A stretch of 64,000 bases of DNA. It comes from Candidatus Kapaibacterium sp. (GTDB lineage Bacteria; Patescibacteriota; Patescibacteriia; UBA9934). The number at the start of each line of letters is the position of its first letter. Within the stretch, counting starts at the first letter, position 1. A program made the translations under genes and the position numbers. The stretch lies in NCBI GenBank assembly GCA_044350705.1, contig JBILHA010000002.1, positions 30,542-94,541 of the forward strand, written 5' to 3'. Positions 38,939 to 48,486 of the stretch are shown here, one piece after another. The notes under the pieces were generated by a model. That model saw only the letters and a list, made by a program, of their open reading frames with translations. It was not told the origin of the DNA and ran no database searches.

Positions 38939-39472
38939 TTATGAAGGTAATATTTTTTTAAGCGCAGCCTTTGCACGATGCAAGAGGACGCGAATGTTAT
39001 TTGGCGTTTTGGTAAGTGCAGCAGCAATCTCTTCTATTTCCATCTCGCTGAGATAGCGCATGACGAGCACTTCTTTGTACTCCTCTTTCATGCCTTGCAG
39101 CACTTCGATCACCTGAGCACCTTCGATCCGAAGATCGGTCGCTTGTTCGATATCTGTACCCGCTTGGAGCGAAGCTTCGAGCGCTTCCGTCAATGCTTCA
39201 GGCGTCTTTTTGCGGTAAAAGTCCGCAACAAGATTTCTCGCAATGCGAAAGAGCAAGGCGCCTACATCTTCTACCATGCTCGATGTCATATACTCCCATG
39301 CACGCAAGAACGTTTCGTGAAGTAAATCTTCCGCATCCTCTTTACGAGGAAGTTTAAAGAAGAGAAACCTGCGAATACGGTTTGCGTACAGGTCGTAGAG
39401 CTCTCCATATGCTTGCCCGTCACGAGCAGTGAATACTCGCTTCGCAAGATATTTCGTGCGATATCCTGACAT
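38939..39472 (-). CDS. RNA polymerase sigma-70 factor, ECF subfamily
   Basis: Start ATG 39472 (MSGYRTKY...); region 2 (YGELYDLYANRIRRFLF...DAEDLLHETFLRAWE) and region 4 HTH (YKEVLVMRYLSEMEIEEIAAALTKTPNNIRVLLHRAKAALKK). Confidence 0.85.
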   Translation of the reverse strand: MSGYRTKYLAKRVFTARDGQAYGELYDLYANRIRRFLFFKLPRKEDAEDLLHETFLRAWEYMTSSMVEDVGALLFRIARNLVADFYRKKTPEALTEALEASLQAGTDIEQATDLRIEGAQVIEVLQGMKEEYKEVLVMRYLSEMEIEEIAAALTKTPNNIRVLLHRAKAALKKILPS

Positions 39473-39593
39473 GTAAGTAGACGTACGAGGGGGAGAATTA
39501 TTACAGTTCGGATTTTCTCCTCGCAAAAATCCTATACAATGTACCCCATACGAAGCCCCCAGATTACGGAAATTAGCCAAAAAAAGCAAGCAT

Positions 39594-39857
39594 ATGCCTC
39601 CTTTTGCCCCTATTCGCCTCTCTGTTTCCGAGGCTGCAAAGTTTCTCGGCGTCAGCACACGGACCATTCGGCGCGCCATTGCTGCCGAAGCGGTTACCTA
39701 TATAGTCGTAAAAGACCGCTATAAAATTACACTCGATTCCCTCCTGCAATGGGCAGAAGAGACCTCTACCGTACAAAAAAAGCTGAATACGGTAGGTTTT
39801 GGCATGTTTGTGGAAAAATGGCGTATTCCCTCGCGGAAAAAAATAAAAAAAACCTGA
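39594..39857 (+). CDS. Small helix-turn-helix DNA-binding protein (excisionase/MerR-like HTH)
   Basis: 87 aa; LSVSEAAKFLGVSTRTIRRAI is a canonical HTH; divergent from the ECF sigma gene. Confidence 0.55.
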   Translation: MPPFAPIRLSVSEAAKFLGVSTRTIRRAIAAEAVTYIVVKDRYKITLDSLLQWAEETSTVQKKLNTVGFGMFVEKWRIPSRKKIKKT

Positions 39858-39864
39858 CATTATT

Positions 39865-39915
39865 CGTAGAGACGACCCGGCGGGTCGTCTCTACGACATC
39901 AGGTTTTTTTATTTT
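39865..39915. terminator. Strong hairpin terminator shared by HTH gene (+) and GT4 gene (-)
   Basis: cgtagagacgaccc ggcg gggtcgtctctacg (~14-bp stem) followed by tttttttatttt. Confidence 0.65.
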
Positions 39916-41078
39916 ATGGCAATTTTCATCATTCCCCATGGTGCAGTTTTTTGTTCTGCGTACACTTCGGTGGTTTTTTTTGCGATATCGTCCCAGTGAT
40001 ACTCCGTTTCCACCACTTCTCGGGACAAGCGCCCGAGCGCGGTTGCTTGGAGCGGATCACGTACGAGATCAAGGATCGCGTACGCGAGCGCATTCGTATC
40101 TCCCACCGGTACAGGAATTCCACTTTCTGCAAGGAGCTCCATGTTTTCAGGAATATCAGAACCTACGACTGCTTTTCCATATCCCATTGCTTCAAGAACG
40201 GCGATTGGTAATCCTTCACTTTGTGAAGGGTGCGCAACAAAGGACGCTCCCATAAAGAGTGCTTCAAGCGACTCTCCGGTTTGATATCCGGTCATAACGA
40301 TGGAAGGATTCATTGCGGCATGTGCGCGCAATTGCGCAACATAGTCATCTGTAAAAGCCGAGTCACCGACAATCGCAAGCTTCATGTCCTTCATGAGCAC
40401 CGGATCAAGATCGCGTGCTTTTTCCCATGCAGCCATGAGCGTGTGGGCGCCCTTGTGCGGCACCAACCGAGACACCATGAGCACATAGCGGTACGGCTGA
40501 AGACCAAAAGGGTCAAGGAGAACCGGGTCGAGCGAAGCACGGCGAGGCGTAATGCCGTTTGGAATATAGGTCGCTGTTCCGCGCCATGCGCTTTTTGCAT
40601 AGGTAGAAAGCGTTTTACTTACGGCGATCGTTTCATGCGGGAAAAGCAGTGCTGCTTTTTCTCCAAGCAACAACATCACGCGAGCAAATGCTCCCCACTT
40701 CGCATGCTTTCGATCCACGCAGTGGAACGTTACGACGGTCTTTGCGCGTGGCGCAAAAAGACGAGGGAGAAATGCGAAGAGCGCAGGACCTACTCCGTGA
40801 AAATGATAAATATCCGGACGCTCAAATACGAGCGCGTGCAGGGTGGAAAGCAACGTATGCGTTGCCGCATCCGCATGCTTGGTCACCCATGAAGGAACGC
40901 GAATCAATCGGATTCCGTTATAGCGATCTCCCGCATGCTTTCCTACATACCACGGGCGAACATAGGTCACGACATCGTGGCCCATGCGCACCAAACGTGT
41001 TGCGAGTTCCGCAACGTGCGTTTCGATGCCTCCAAAGCGACTTGGAATGCCTTTTGTACCCAACATGGCAATTTTCAT
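39909..41078 (-). CDS. Glycosyltransferase family 4
   Basis: Start ATG 41078 (MKIAMLGTKGIPSRFGGIETHV); GT4 C-terminal region (HPSQSEGLPIAVLEAMGYGKAVVGSDIPE). Confidence 0.85.
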   Translation of the reverse strand: MKIAMLGTKGIPSRFGGIETHVAELATRLVRMGHDVVTYVRPWYVGKHAGDRYNGIRLIRVPSWVTKHADAATHTLLSTLHALVFERPDIYHFHGVGPALFAFLPRLFAPRAKTVVTFHCVDRKHAKWGAFARVMLLLGEKAALLFPHETIAVSKTLSTYAKSAWRGTATYIPNGITPRRASLDPVLLDPFGLQPYRYVLMVSRLVPHKGAHTLMAAWEKARDLDPVLMKDMKLAIVGDSAFTDDYVAQLRAHAAMNPSIVMTGYQTGESLEALFMGASFVAHPSQSEGLPIAVLEAMGYGKAVVGSDIPENMELLAESGIPVPVGDTNALAYAILDLVRDPLQATALGRLSREVVETEYHWDDIAKKTTEVYAEQKTAPWGMMKIAIK

Positions 41079-41152
41079 AACCAGCCATTGTAGCAAAAAA
41101 ACGGCTTTTGGTCAATGAAAAAAGAAGTGGTTTTTTTGTAAAAAAATGGCTA

Positions 41153-41178
41153 AATTGTGGCTTATTTTAGCCACAATT
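41153..41178 (-). terminator. Hairpin (aattgtggct/agccacaatt) plus T7 tract between two GT4 genes
   Basis: 10-bp inverted repeat with a 6-nt loop; on the minus strand a T7 run follows 6 nt downstream. Confidence 0.45.
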
Positions 41179-41201
41179 ATAGTTATCCACAGCACGATTC
41201 T

Positions 41202-42449
41202 TTACAAAGTATCTTTCTGATGAATTGCCTCTTGATAGACGGCAAAAAGCGCCTTCATGTGCTTGCGCGGGTCTCCCACTTCCCTTCCTCGTGCCCTTGC
41301 CTGCTCCTGCATCTCTTGTATGCGGGCAGGTTTTTTCTCCCCCTCAGGTAAGAGCAGACGAATATCTCTTTCCCAGGCATCAAGCGCATCTGGGTGCTCT
41401 ACAAATCCTGAAACCCCGTGCTCAACAATCTCAGACAGTCCCCCTTGATTACTCACGATTGCCGGCGTCCCCACGGTTAACGCCTCCAATGCCACGAGCC
41501 CAAACGGCTCTGACCATCGGGAAGGTACGATCACCGCTGACACTTCTTCCATGAGGCTCCAGAGCATCTTTGGGCTGAGCATCGATTGCAGCAGGATGTT
41601 CTTTCTTTTCATTGCGACATTTCTTACATATGCCTCCTCGCTTCCATGCCCTGCGCAGATAAACTCCACATCGGGCATACGCGCCGCAAGCTCGAGAAAG
41701 ACATCTATGCCCTTATACGTTTCAAATCGGCTTGCAAACAGCACCGCCTTTCTGCGCGTCACCCTTTTCGTTTTTCTTTCATGATACGCAAACGCTCCGG
41801 ACGGAAGCGGAATAACCTCAATGCGCGAAGCAGCATATCCCCCTTCTTGCAAGGCGCGTTTGACCGTCTCTGAGGCCGTGAGTATATGACTTACGTTTTG
41901 TGTCCACATCCCCATACTCTTCTGCAGGCGCACGATCGCGTCGCTCACTGCCGTTGCCACAAAAGATTGCTTGATGCAGCGCGTCCGCGCTACTTCGATC
42001 CACGAGGCACGAGGAGAGATCGGCTCCCTGCCGTCAAAGAGTCCGTAATTTGCAGAAATGTATCCATAGTCGTGTGCGGTGAGTACCACCGGTACGCCGC
42101 ACCGCTTTGCTGCACTTAATACTGCAGGGGAAAGATGCGTATATACATTATGTGCATGGATAACGTCAGGCTGAAACGCCGCAATCATGGCCATGGTTTT
42201 TTTGTACGCTTCCCTACTCCACAACGCTCGCCCAAGCTGGCGAAACGCATGCACCCCCCTTCCCACCTGTTCTGTTTCGAGCGCACTGATAAAAAAGTGC
42301 TCCCAGGGGGAAGGGAGATTTTTTGGATGATGCATGGCAAGTACGGCCGTTGCATGCCCTTCCGCGTCCGAAAGACGCATGATGTCGTGCATGTAGCGTC
42401 CTACCCCATCTCGTTCGTGGTTGTACTTATGAATATGCAAAATGCGCAT
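41202..42449 (-). CDS. Glycosyltransferase family 4
   Basis: Start MRILHIHKYNHERDGVGRY; GT4 features (PSRWSEPFGLVALEALTVGTPAIVSNQGG). Confidence 0.85.
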   Translation of the reverse strand: MRILHIHKYNHERDGVGRYMHDIMRLSDAEGHATAVLAMHHPKNLPSPWEHFFISALETEQVGRGVHAFRQLGRALWSREAYKKTMAMIAAFQPDVIHAHNVYTHLSPAVLSAAKRCGVPVVLTAHDYGYISANYGLFDGREPISPRASWIEVARTRCIKQSFVATAVSDAIVRLQKSMGMWTQNVSHILTASETVKRALQEGGYAASRIEVIPLPSGAFAYHERKTKRVTRRKAVLFASRFETYKGIDVFLELAARMPDVEFICAGHGSEEAYVRNVAMKRKNILLQSMLSPKMLWSLMEEVSAVIVPSRWSEPFGLVALEALTVGTPAIVSNQGGLSEIVEHGVSGFVEHPDALDAWERDIRLLLPEGEKKPARIQEMQEQARARGREVGDPRKHMKALFAVYQEAIHQKDTL

Positions 42450-42450
42450 A

Positions 42451-43980
42451 TTATTCTTCATCGTTCTTTACGCGAGCGACCACCCATCCACCTAATACCC
42501 ATACATAGGGCGCCATGGTACGCACTTCAAAGTACGTTGCCAGGAAAGCATTTACGGAAAACGCCACAAGTACTGCCGCAGTAGCTCCCGCAAGCGCACG
42601 GACATCTTTATCTTCATGTTCTTGCGCCGTCCGTACGCACAGCGCGAAAAGTCCCACATAAAACCATAAAAAGGTTGCGAGTCCGAGGGTACCCATCTCT
42701 CCCCACAAGCTCATCCAATTGTTGTCGATGTATCCTCCTGTTCCATACACGCCAAACGGCAAGCTCAATCGATCGTATACGAGCGTGTTCCCTAATGCTG
42801 CCGCAGCTCCTCCTCCATATTGTCCTGGCCCTACGCCAAAAACCGGCGCTGAAGGAACAACGGTTCTCAGGGTTTCTGCAATCCAATATAAACGACCAAG
42901 ACCGACATATTCCCCTCTCCAGCGTTCGTATGAAAAAGCTTCAAAGAAACGTTCGGCTACGGTTTGCTCAGGCGTGTCGATCAGGGTATGCACCAAGAAA
43001 TTGCTCCCTACGACGTACGTCACGATAATCAGCGGGGCAAGCATGGCACCTGCAAGCACACGCTTATCTTTTTTAAGGAAGATCGCCAGGAAGAGAAAAC
43101 CGAGGAGAAATCCAAACCATGCAGAGCGGGAATAGGTGAGCACCAGGACCGGGATGCCGAGCGCGAGCACTGCTGCGCCGATTATTTTTGTTCGGCTTCC
43201 GAGACGCTTGTCATACAAGAACGCAATAATCAAGAGAAAGACAAACGCAAGAAAAATACCCAGCTGATCATAGCGCCCCATGGTGCCAAAGACCCGCTGC
43301 CCAGGGTCCCAAAATTGCGTCGTTCCTTCGGTGAGCTGAATACTGCCGAGCGTCTTTCGTTCGGAAGGAAGTAAGAAGGTATCCAGCGATCCATCGGTGA
43401 CCGCCTGAAGGCCTCCTAACGTAATCTGAACCCCCGCTACCACCGTCAGGGTAACCAGCAGCATTTTCATCCATTGTTTTGACGGCGCGAGCTGCACGAC
43501 GACAAAAAAGAGCAGCATGAATCGTAACAGCTGTCGTGCGCCAAGTATTGCCACCGTGGGATCTACGACGTTTACCACTATCGACGCGAGCATGGCGATC
43601 AAAAAGAAAACGAATGGAACATCGAGCGCAGAGCGCTTCCATCTTTTCTCCTGCCAAAACATCCGGAGCATCACCGAAGCGACGAGGAGATACACCACTA
43701 ACTCGGAACCATACCGTGCGAGCAGATAGACATCGTCAGGAATCCACTTGAGGAGGAATGGTTCAAAGGGAAGATATACGAGCAGGGCCAATAAGAGCAT
43801 CTGTGGCTTCCACCATGCAAGGGCAAGAATGCCTACGCTCATCACTAACGCTACGGTGATTGCCGGAGAGGTAAAGAGTGACAGAAAAAGTGCTCCACCT
43901 ACAATGATAAACAAGACCAGGAGCGCAATACGCGCGCGTGTTTCTGCTAAGAGCACATGCACATGAAGATGTTGCCGCAT
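42451..43980 (-). CDS. O-antigen ligase/polymerase family membrane protein (Wzy/WaaL-like)
   Basis: Start ATG 43980 (MRQHLHVHVLL...); ~12 TM; O-antigen-ligase-domain signature loop TYSRSAWFGFLLGFLFL after a periplasmic loop. The track ORF is extended upstream without support. Confidence 0.7.
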   Translation of the reverse strand: MRQHLHVHVLLAETRARIALLVLFIIVGGALFLSLFTSPAITVALVMSVGILALAWWKPQMLLLALLVYLPFEPFLLKWIPDDVYLLARYGSELVVYLLVASVMLRMFWQEKRWKRSALDVPFVFFLIAMLASIVVNVVDPTVAILGARQLLRFMLLFFVVVQLAPSKQWMKMLLVTLTVVAGVQITLGGLQAVTDGSLDTFLLPSERKTLGSIQLTEGTTQFWDPGQRVFGTMGRYDQLGIFLAFVFLLIIAFLYDKRLGSRTKIIGAAVLALGIPVLVLTYSRSAWFGFLLGFLFLAIFLKKDKRVLAGAMLAPLIIVTYVVGSNFLVHTLIDTPEQTVAERFFEAFSYERWRGEYVGLGRLYWIAETLRTVVPSAPVFGVGPGQYGGGAAAALGNTLVYDRLSLPFGVYGTGGYIDNNWMSLWGEMGTLGLATFLWFYVGLFALCVRTAQEHEDKDVRALAGATAAVLVAFSVNAFLATYFEVRTMAPYVWVLGGWVVARVKNDEE

Positions 43981-44101
43981 GAGAGAAGTATAGCAAGACG
44001 CAAAACGCGGCCCCAGGCACGCGCTTCTCACCTTCACCACCGAAGCGGAGAAAGGAGAAACGCGGCCCAGAGCCGCTGATCGAGCAGGGGCGGAATCCCT
44101 G

Positions 44102-45664
44102 CTAGTAGGCGTACGCCCAGACGTCATTGGCGTCTGCGCACGCGACGTATCCGGTGCAGGACGCGGGATTTTCCACGATCCGGCTTCCGGCAGCCACGCC
44201 GACGCCGTCGGTGAGGCTGCCACAGCCATACTGCACGGTCGCGAAAGATGAGGAACGATTCTCAACGGCGATATAGCCGCCGCCGCCCACCGAGATCGTT
44301 GATGTGCAGAGCGGGAGCTCGATCCAGGGATCCGGCGTACCGGTGTCGCCCGTGTCGCCCGCCTCGCAGTCCGCCTCGTCGGCGGTGCCGTCGCAGTCGT
44401 TGTCGACCGTATCGGCGCACACCTCGAGCTCGCCGGGGTTCACCGCCGCGACACCGTCATCGCAGTCGGTGTTGTCCTCGACGTAGCCCTCGATCCCGAT
44501 GCCTTCACACATGGGGGTACCGGGGTCCGACTCGTCGCCGTAGCCGTCGCCGTCGTTGTCCACGTAGACGTTCACGAAGTCGGCTGCGTCGGTGTCGGTG
44601 ACACCGTTGCAGTCGTTGTCGGTTCCGTCGCCGCAGACCTCGGTTGCGCCGGGGTTGACGAGCGCGTCGGTGTCGTTGCACTCCTCGCACGCGCCGTACC
44701 CGTCGCCGTCGTTGTCGTCGGCGCCGACCAACCCGTCGCAATTCATGTCGTCCGTGGCGCTGCAGTCCTCCATGGCGCCGGGGTTGACGAGCGCGTCGGT
44801 GTCGTCGCAGTCACCGTCGTGCGCGACGTAGCCGGTGGGCGTGCTGCAGGCCGAGACGGTCGTGGCGGGATCGCCGTAACCGTCGCCGTCGGTGTCGGCG
44901 TACCAGGTCTGCTTGTCGACGGCATCGCCGTCGGTGTCGCCGTTGCAGTCGTTGTCGATCCCGTCGCAGACCTCGGTGGCGTCGGGGTTGATGAGCATGT
45001 CGGAGTCGTTGCACTCCTCGCAGCCCGCAAAGCCGTCGCCGTCGCCGTCCTCGTTGCTCGTGAAGCCGTCGCAGTTCATGTCCTGCTCGTCTTCACAGGT
45101 TTCGGGGGCGCCGGGGTAGATGGTCGCGTCGGCATCGTTGCAGTCGGTGTAGTCGGGCACATAGCCGACCGGCTGTTCGCAGGCGGCGGTGGCCCAGGTG
45201 GGCTCCCCGTAGCCGTCGCCGTCGGTGTCGGCGTACCAGGTCTGCTTGTCGACGGCATCGCCGTCGGTGTCGCCGTTGCAGTCGTTGTCGATCCCGTCGC
45301 AGACCTCGGTGTTGCCGGGGTAGGCGCTCGAATCGGCATCATCGCAGTCCTCGCACTCGGCCACGCCGTCCTCGTCGTCGTCCACGCCGGTGATGAAACC
45401 GTCGCAGTCGATGTCGACGAGGTCGGTGCACTCCTCGATGGCATCCGGGTTGATCTCCGAGTTCCCGTCGTCGCAGTCGTCACAGGCCGAGAAGCCGTCA
45501 CCGTCGGCGTCGATCTCCTCGCACGGATTTCCGGTCTCGCCGGAGTCGTCCGTGACGATGCCGGTGTCATCCGGCATCGGCTCAAGCTCGCCCTTGATGT
45601 GCAGCGGGGGGAAACACGCCGCGAACAACACGAGGGCCATCAGGCCCATCTCGTTCGTCTTCAT
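44102..45664 (-). CDS. Secreted Cys-rich repeat protein with 'putative metal-binding motif' (MopE-like, Myxococcota-type) repeats
   Basis: Start ATG 45664 (MKTNEMGLMALVLFAACF, signal) preceded by GGAGG; ~9 repeats of C..C.DC(D/N)D.D..(I/V)NPGA.E.CDG.DNDC(N/D)G; strikingly GC-rich, GC3-dominated codons; contains ~120-bp near-identical internal direct repeats. Confidence 0.8.
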   Translation of the reverse strand: MKTNEMGLMALVLFAACFPPLHIKGELEPMPDDTGIVTDDSGETGNPCEEIDADGDGFSACDDCDDGNSEINPDAIEECTDLVDIDCDGFITGVDDDEDGVAECEDCDDADSSAYPGNTEVCDGIDNDCNGDTDGDAVDKQTWYADTDGDGYGEPTWATAACEQPVGYVPDYTDCNDADATIYPGAPETCEDEQDMNCDGFTSNEDGDGDGFAGCEECNDSDMLINPDATEVCDGIDNDCNGDTDGDAVDKQTWYADTDGDGYGDPATTVSACSTPTGYVAHDGDCDDTDALVNPGAMEDCSATDDMNCDGLVGADDNDGDGYGACEECNDTDALVNPGATEVCGDGTDNDCNGVTDTDAADFVNVYVDNDGDGYGDESDPGTPMCEGIGIEGYVEDNTDCDDGVAAVNPGELEVCADTVDNDCDGTADEADCEAGDTGDTGTPDPWIELPLCTSTISVGGGGYIAVENRSSSFATVQYGCGSLTDGVGVAAGSRIVENPASCTGYVACADANDVWAYAY

Positions 45665-45895
45665 TTCTTTTGCCTCCTGGGATTGAACCCGTAGCAAGGT
45701 TAGCAAAAAAATGCGAAAAAGTAAAGGAAAAAGGTGCCTGCAGAGCACTTCTTTTCCTCCAAAAAGTTTTTAAAACGAACAACCGCCCCTACAGTCCCGA
45801 AGGACCGCAGAGGCGGAAGATTCACCGGCGCGAGGCGCCGGCTACAGTAGACACGTGACCCCGTCTACTAGGGGGGGTGGCGCTGACGAGGCGCC

Positions 45896-47038
45896 CTACT
45901 CGACCTGGCAGACCGGCTCGTCGGCGGTGGAGCGCTTGTTGCACTCCCCCGCCGGTGGGGTGTCGTCCGTGGTGGAGTAGTTGAGGGTGGCCGTGTCCCC
46001 TCCGATGACGATCGAGCTGTAGTGCTCGGACCCGCCGGTGGCGATGTAGGAGCCATCGCTGCACTGCCCGAAGACCCACAGGAGGTCGCCGGACTGAGCG
46101 TTGATGCTCCCGGACAGGGTGTTGCTCCCGCCGGTGGCAATGTAGTCGGGGCTGGAGAGCCCCGGCCAGTTGCCGACCCAGTCGCTCTGGTTGAAGATCC
46201 AGAGCTCCCAGGTCTCGCCGGAGTCGGAGCACCACGAGCTGTCCTTCGTCACCTCGACGGTGAGGCTGCCCGAGCCGCTGTCGCTGCCCGAGTGCGTGCC
46301 GGTGTCCGTGTCGGAGGAGGTGTCCTCGTCCACGTCGGAGGTGCCGTCGTTGTCCGAGTCGGGGTTCTCGTCCGGGTCCAGGCCGAAGCCCTGGCAGCCG
46401 GGGGCGAAGACCCCCTCCTCATCCTTCATCAGGTAGAGGCCCAACCGGTTCCCGTCGAGGGGGTTGGGGCAGACCGCGGAGTCGTGGCCGCTCAGAGCGG
46501 TCAATTCCCCCCACTCGTCCAGCCCCCCGTCGGTGCTCAGATCGCACTCGCCGGGGGAGAAGGTCCGGGTGTTGCCGAAGAAGATGTCCACGGCGTCGGG
46601 GAAGAAGAACCGCACCTTCTCGGACCGGACGCCGGACGGCCAGTCGGACTGGTCGTCGTAGCGCTCGATCGGCAGGTTCTCGGAGCACCAGTCGTACTCA
46701 CCCTCGCTTCCCCCGAGGCCGTAGCCCACGAGGAAGGTGTTGGTGAGGCTGGCCACGAGCCCCTGGTCGAGGTAGACGAAGTCGCCGTAGGGCACCACCT
46801 TGTCGGCGGTGTCGATGATGCCGTCGTTGTCGAGGTCGGAGGTCGAGGAGCTGGGACCGGTGGTGCCCGAGTCGTCGCCGGAGTCGTCACCCCCGGCGCC
46901 GGTGTCGTCGCTGGGGTTGCTGGTGTCGTCGCCGTTGTTGTTGGCGTCGACGTTGCCATCGCTCTTCTTCTTGAACTCTCCGCCGCAAGCGACGAGGGAG
47001 GACAGGCCGAGGAGGGCGAGGAGGGAGAAGGCGTTCAT
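45896..47038 (-). CDS. Hypothetical secreted lipoprotein (lipobox LVAC), high-GC
   Basis: MNAFSLLALLGLSSLVACGG: signal peptidase II lipobox; D/S/G/T-rich acidic low-complexity N-terminal region then a Cys-containing domain; SD GGAG 8 nt upstream. Confidence 0.6.
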   Translation of the reverse strand: MNAFSLLALLGLSSLVACGGEFKKKSDGNVDANNNGDDTSNPSDDTGAGGDDSGDDSGTTGPSSSTSDLDNDGIIDTADKVVPYGDFVYLDQGLVASLTNTFLVGYGLGGSEGEYDWCSENLPIERYDDQSDWPSGVRSEKVRFFFPDAVDIFFGNTRTFSPGECDLSTDGGLDEWGELTALSGHDSAVCPNPLDGNRLGLYLMKDEEGVFAPGCQGFGLDPDENPDSDNDGTSDVDEDTSSDTDTGTHSGSDSGSGSLTVEVTKDSSWCSDSGETWELWIFNQSDWVGNWPGLSSPDYIATGGSNTLSGSINAQSGDLLWVFGQCSDGSYIATGGSEHYSSIVIGGDTATLNYSTTDDTPPAGECNKRSTADEPVCQVE

Positions 47039-47464
47039 GGCGTCTCCGGTACCTAGGGGAAACCCATTTGGGGTCCTAGGATTTTCTTTCTTTCGTTTCA
47101 GTTGTCAGAGGACTACCGGGACCATCCCGGCCGCTTGGGACCTGATTGATGTCTCAGGCCCCGAGGGCCCTGTTTGGGTCCGGCGGTGTTCGCGTCTCTT
47201 GTGGAGGAACAAGAGCCACGAACATCGCAGGAACAAATCTATTACTTGTTTTAAGATTCACTGTGATGCGTACGTAACCAGGAACCGGATTACTGATTTT
47301 CGTAACGGAGTATCGTACCATTTTTTTCCGTTTTTGTCAATGAAAGAAGGTGCGGATATCGAAGAATTTCACGGATGTTCGGATCTTCTTTTTCCCGGAT
47401 AAAGTGGGAGCAATCTTGCGATTCCTCACACTATGTTCTTGGAAACTTTTACAAACGTCTGGTA

Positions 47465-47501
47465 GGGAGAGTGGCGAAGCCCGAAGGCTTGCCACTCTCC
47501 C
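47465..47501 (-). terminator. Long GC-rich hairpin downstream of the beta-barrel-like gene
   Basis: gggagagtggcgaagcc cgaa ggcttgccactctccc: ~17-bp stem with one bulge; weak U-tract, so terminator function is tentative. Confidence 0.4.
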
Positions 47502-47547
47502 CCCACGATCGGAGAAACCCGAGAGTTCCTCCGATTTGTACCCGCTC

Positions 47548-48486
47548 CTAGAACGCGTAGATCGAGATCTCCGCGCCAGCCCGGAAGCCCAGCCCCGTCG
47601 TCACGTCGTTGCCGTTGGAGATGCGGTAAGGCATCGCCCCGGCCTCGAGGTTGACGGAAAGATGCTTCGCCGGCACGAGCCGCAGCTCAGCCCCCAGAGA
47701 CGCACCGTCCCCCTTGTAGGTGACGATGTAGTCGGGGAGGAGATCCACTTCCCAGTGGCTCAGCGTGACCGCCGGCCCCAGGTGCATGTTGTTCCCTATG
47801 CTGTAGATCGCCGAGAGGCCGATTTCGGCCACCCCGGTCCCCTTGCTTCCAGCGGCGATACCGCCGGAGCCGCTGTACCCCCACTTGCCTTTGGTCTCCA
47901 GGTCGGTGAGGCCGAGCTGGAGACCGAAGGTGGTGATGGCCGTGGGGCCGGCAGCTTCGGGGTTGGAGTAGGCCAACACCGTCATGGGCACCCCGAGGGT
48001 GAACTTCATGCCCGTGGCGGAATCGCGCTCCACCGACAGCTCGTCGCTGCTGGGCAGCTGCTGTGGTTCCGGCTTGGGGGCCGGGGCGGGCGGCGGGGGG
48101 GCGCCCCGCCGGCACTGGGCCGGGTCGCCCCGGAGGGCGGCCGCGATATCGATCTTCGGGGCGAACTCGCTGCAACCGTACTCGCCTTCGAGGTAGCGCG
48201 AGTAGGCCACGGTATCGGCCCCCCACTCGTCTCGACACACTTCGTCGCTCGCCTCCTGGCACACGAGCCAGCGGAACTGGCGCGAGTGCCGGCTCGGCGT
48301 CGACGAAGTGCGCTGCTGGCCGGCGGGGAGGTCGGCGACCTCCAGCTCCAGCTGAATGAGGCGCTCCTCGAGGCACTGCGCCCGCTGAGTGGAGTCGGTG
48401 AGACCGGTGCACGAGGCGGGGGGGTCCGCCGCGAGGGCGGCGGGGGTGAGACCGAGGACGGCGAAAAGGGTGAGGAACGACAGCAT
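47548..48486 (-). CDS. Hypothetical secreted protein, outer-membrane beta-barrel-like (C-terminal ...ISIYAF), high-GC
   Basis: Start ATG 48486 (MLSFLTLFAVLGLTPAALAA, signal peptide); Pro-rich linker; C-terminal ~170 aa of alternating hydrophobic residues ending in aromatic-x-Phe, as in OMP beta-barrels. Confidence 0.5.
   Translation of the reverse strand: MLSFLTLFAVLGLTPAALAADPPASCTGLTDSTQRAQCLEERLIQLELEVADLPAGQQRTSSTPSRHSRQFRWLVCQEASDEVCRDEWGADTVAYSRYLEGEYGCSEFAPKIDIAAALRGDPAQCRRGAPPPPAPAPKPEPQQLPSSDELSVERDSATGMKFTLGVPMTVLAYSNPEAAGPTAITTFGLQLGLTDLETKGKWGYSGSGGIAAGSKGTGVAEIGLSAIYSIGNNMHLGPAVTLSHWEVDLLPDYIVTYKGDGASLGAELRLVPAKHLSVNLEAGAMPYRISNGNDVTTGLGFRAGAEISIYAF

Noticed and set aside
44248-45030. 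Arg/Pro/Thr-rich ORFs on the opposite strand and other frames of the Cys-rich repeat gene (44248-44601, 44505-44741, 44743-45030, 45076-45585)
   Set aside because: Typical spurious long ORFs generated by GC-rich sequence; low-complexity R/P/T translations; the minus-strand repeat protein has a signal peptide, an SD and a coherent repeat architecture.
45665-45700. tRNA-like fragment (tgggattgaacccgt) upstream of the Cys-rich gene
   Set aside because: No acceptor/T-stem pairing or anticodon arm can be built; the sequence is better explained as the SD/leader (GGAGG) of the gene.
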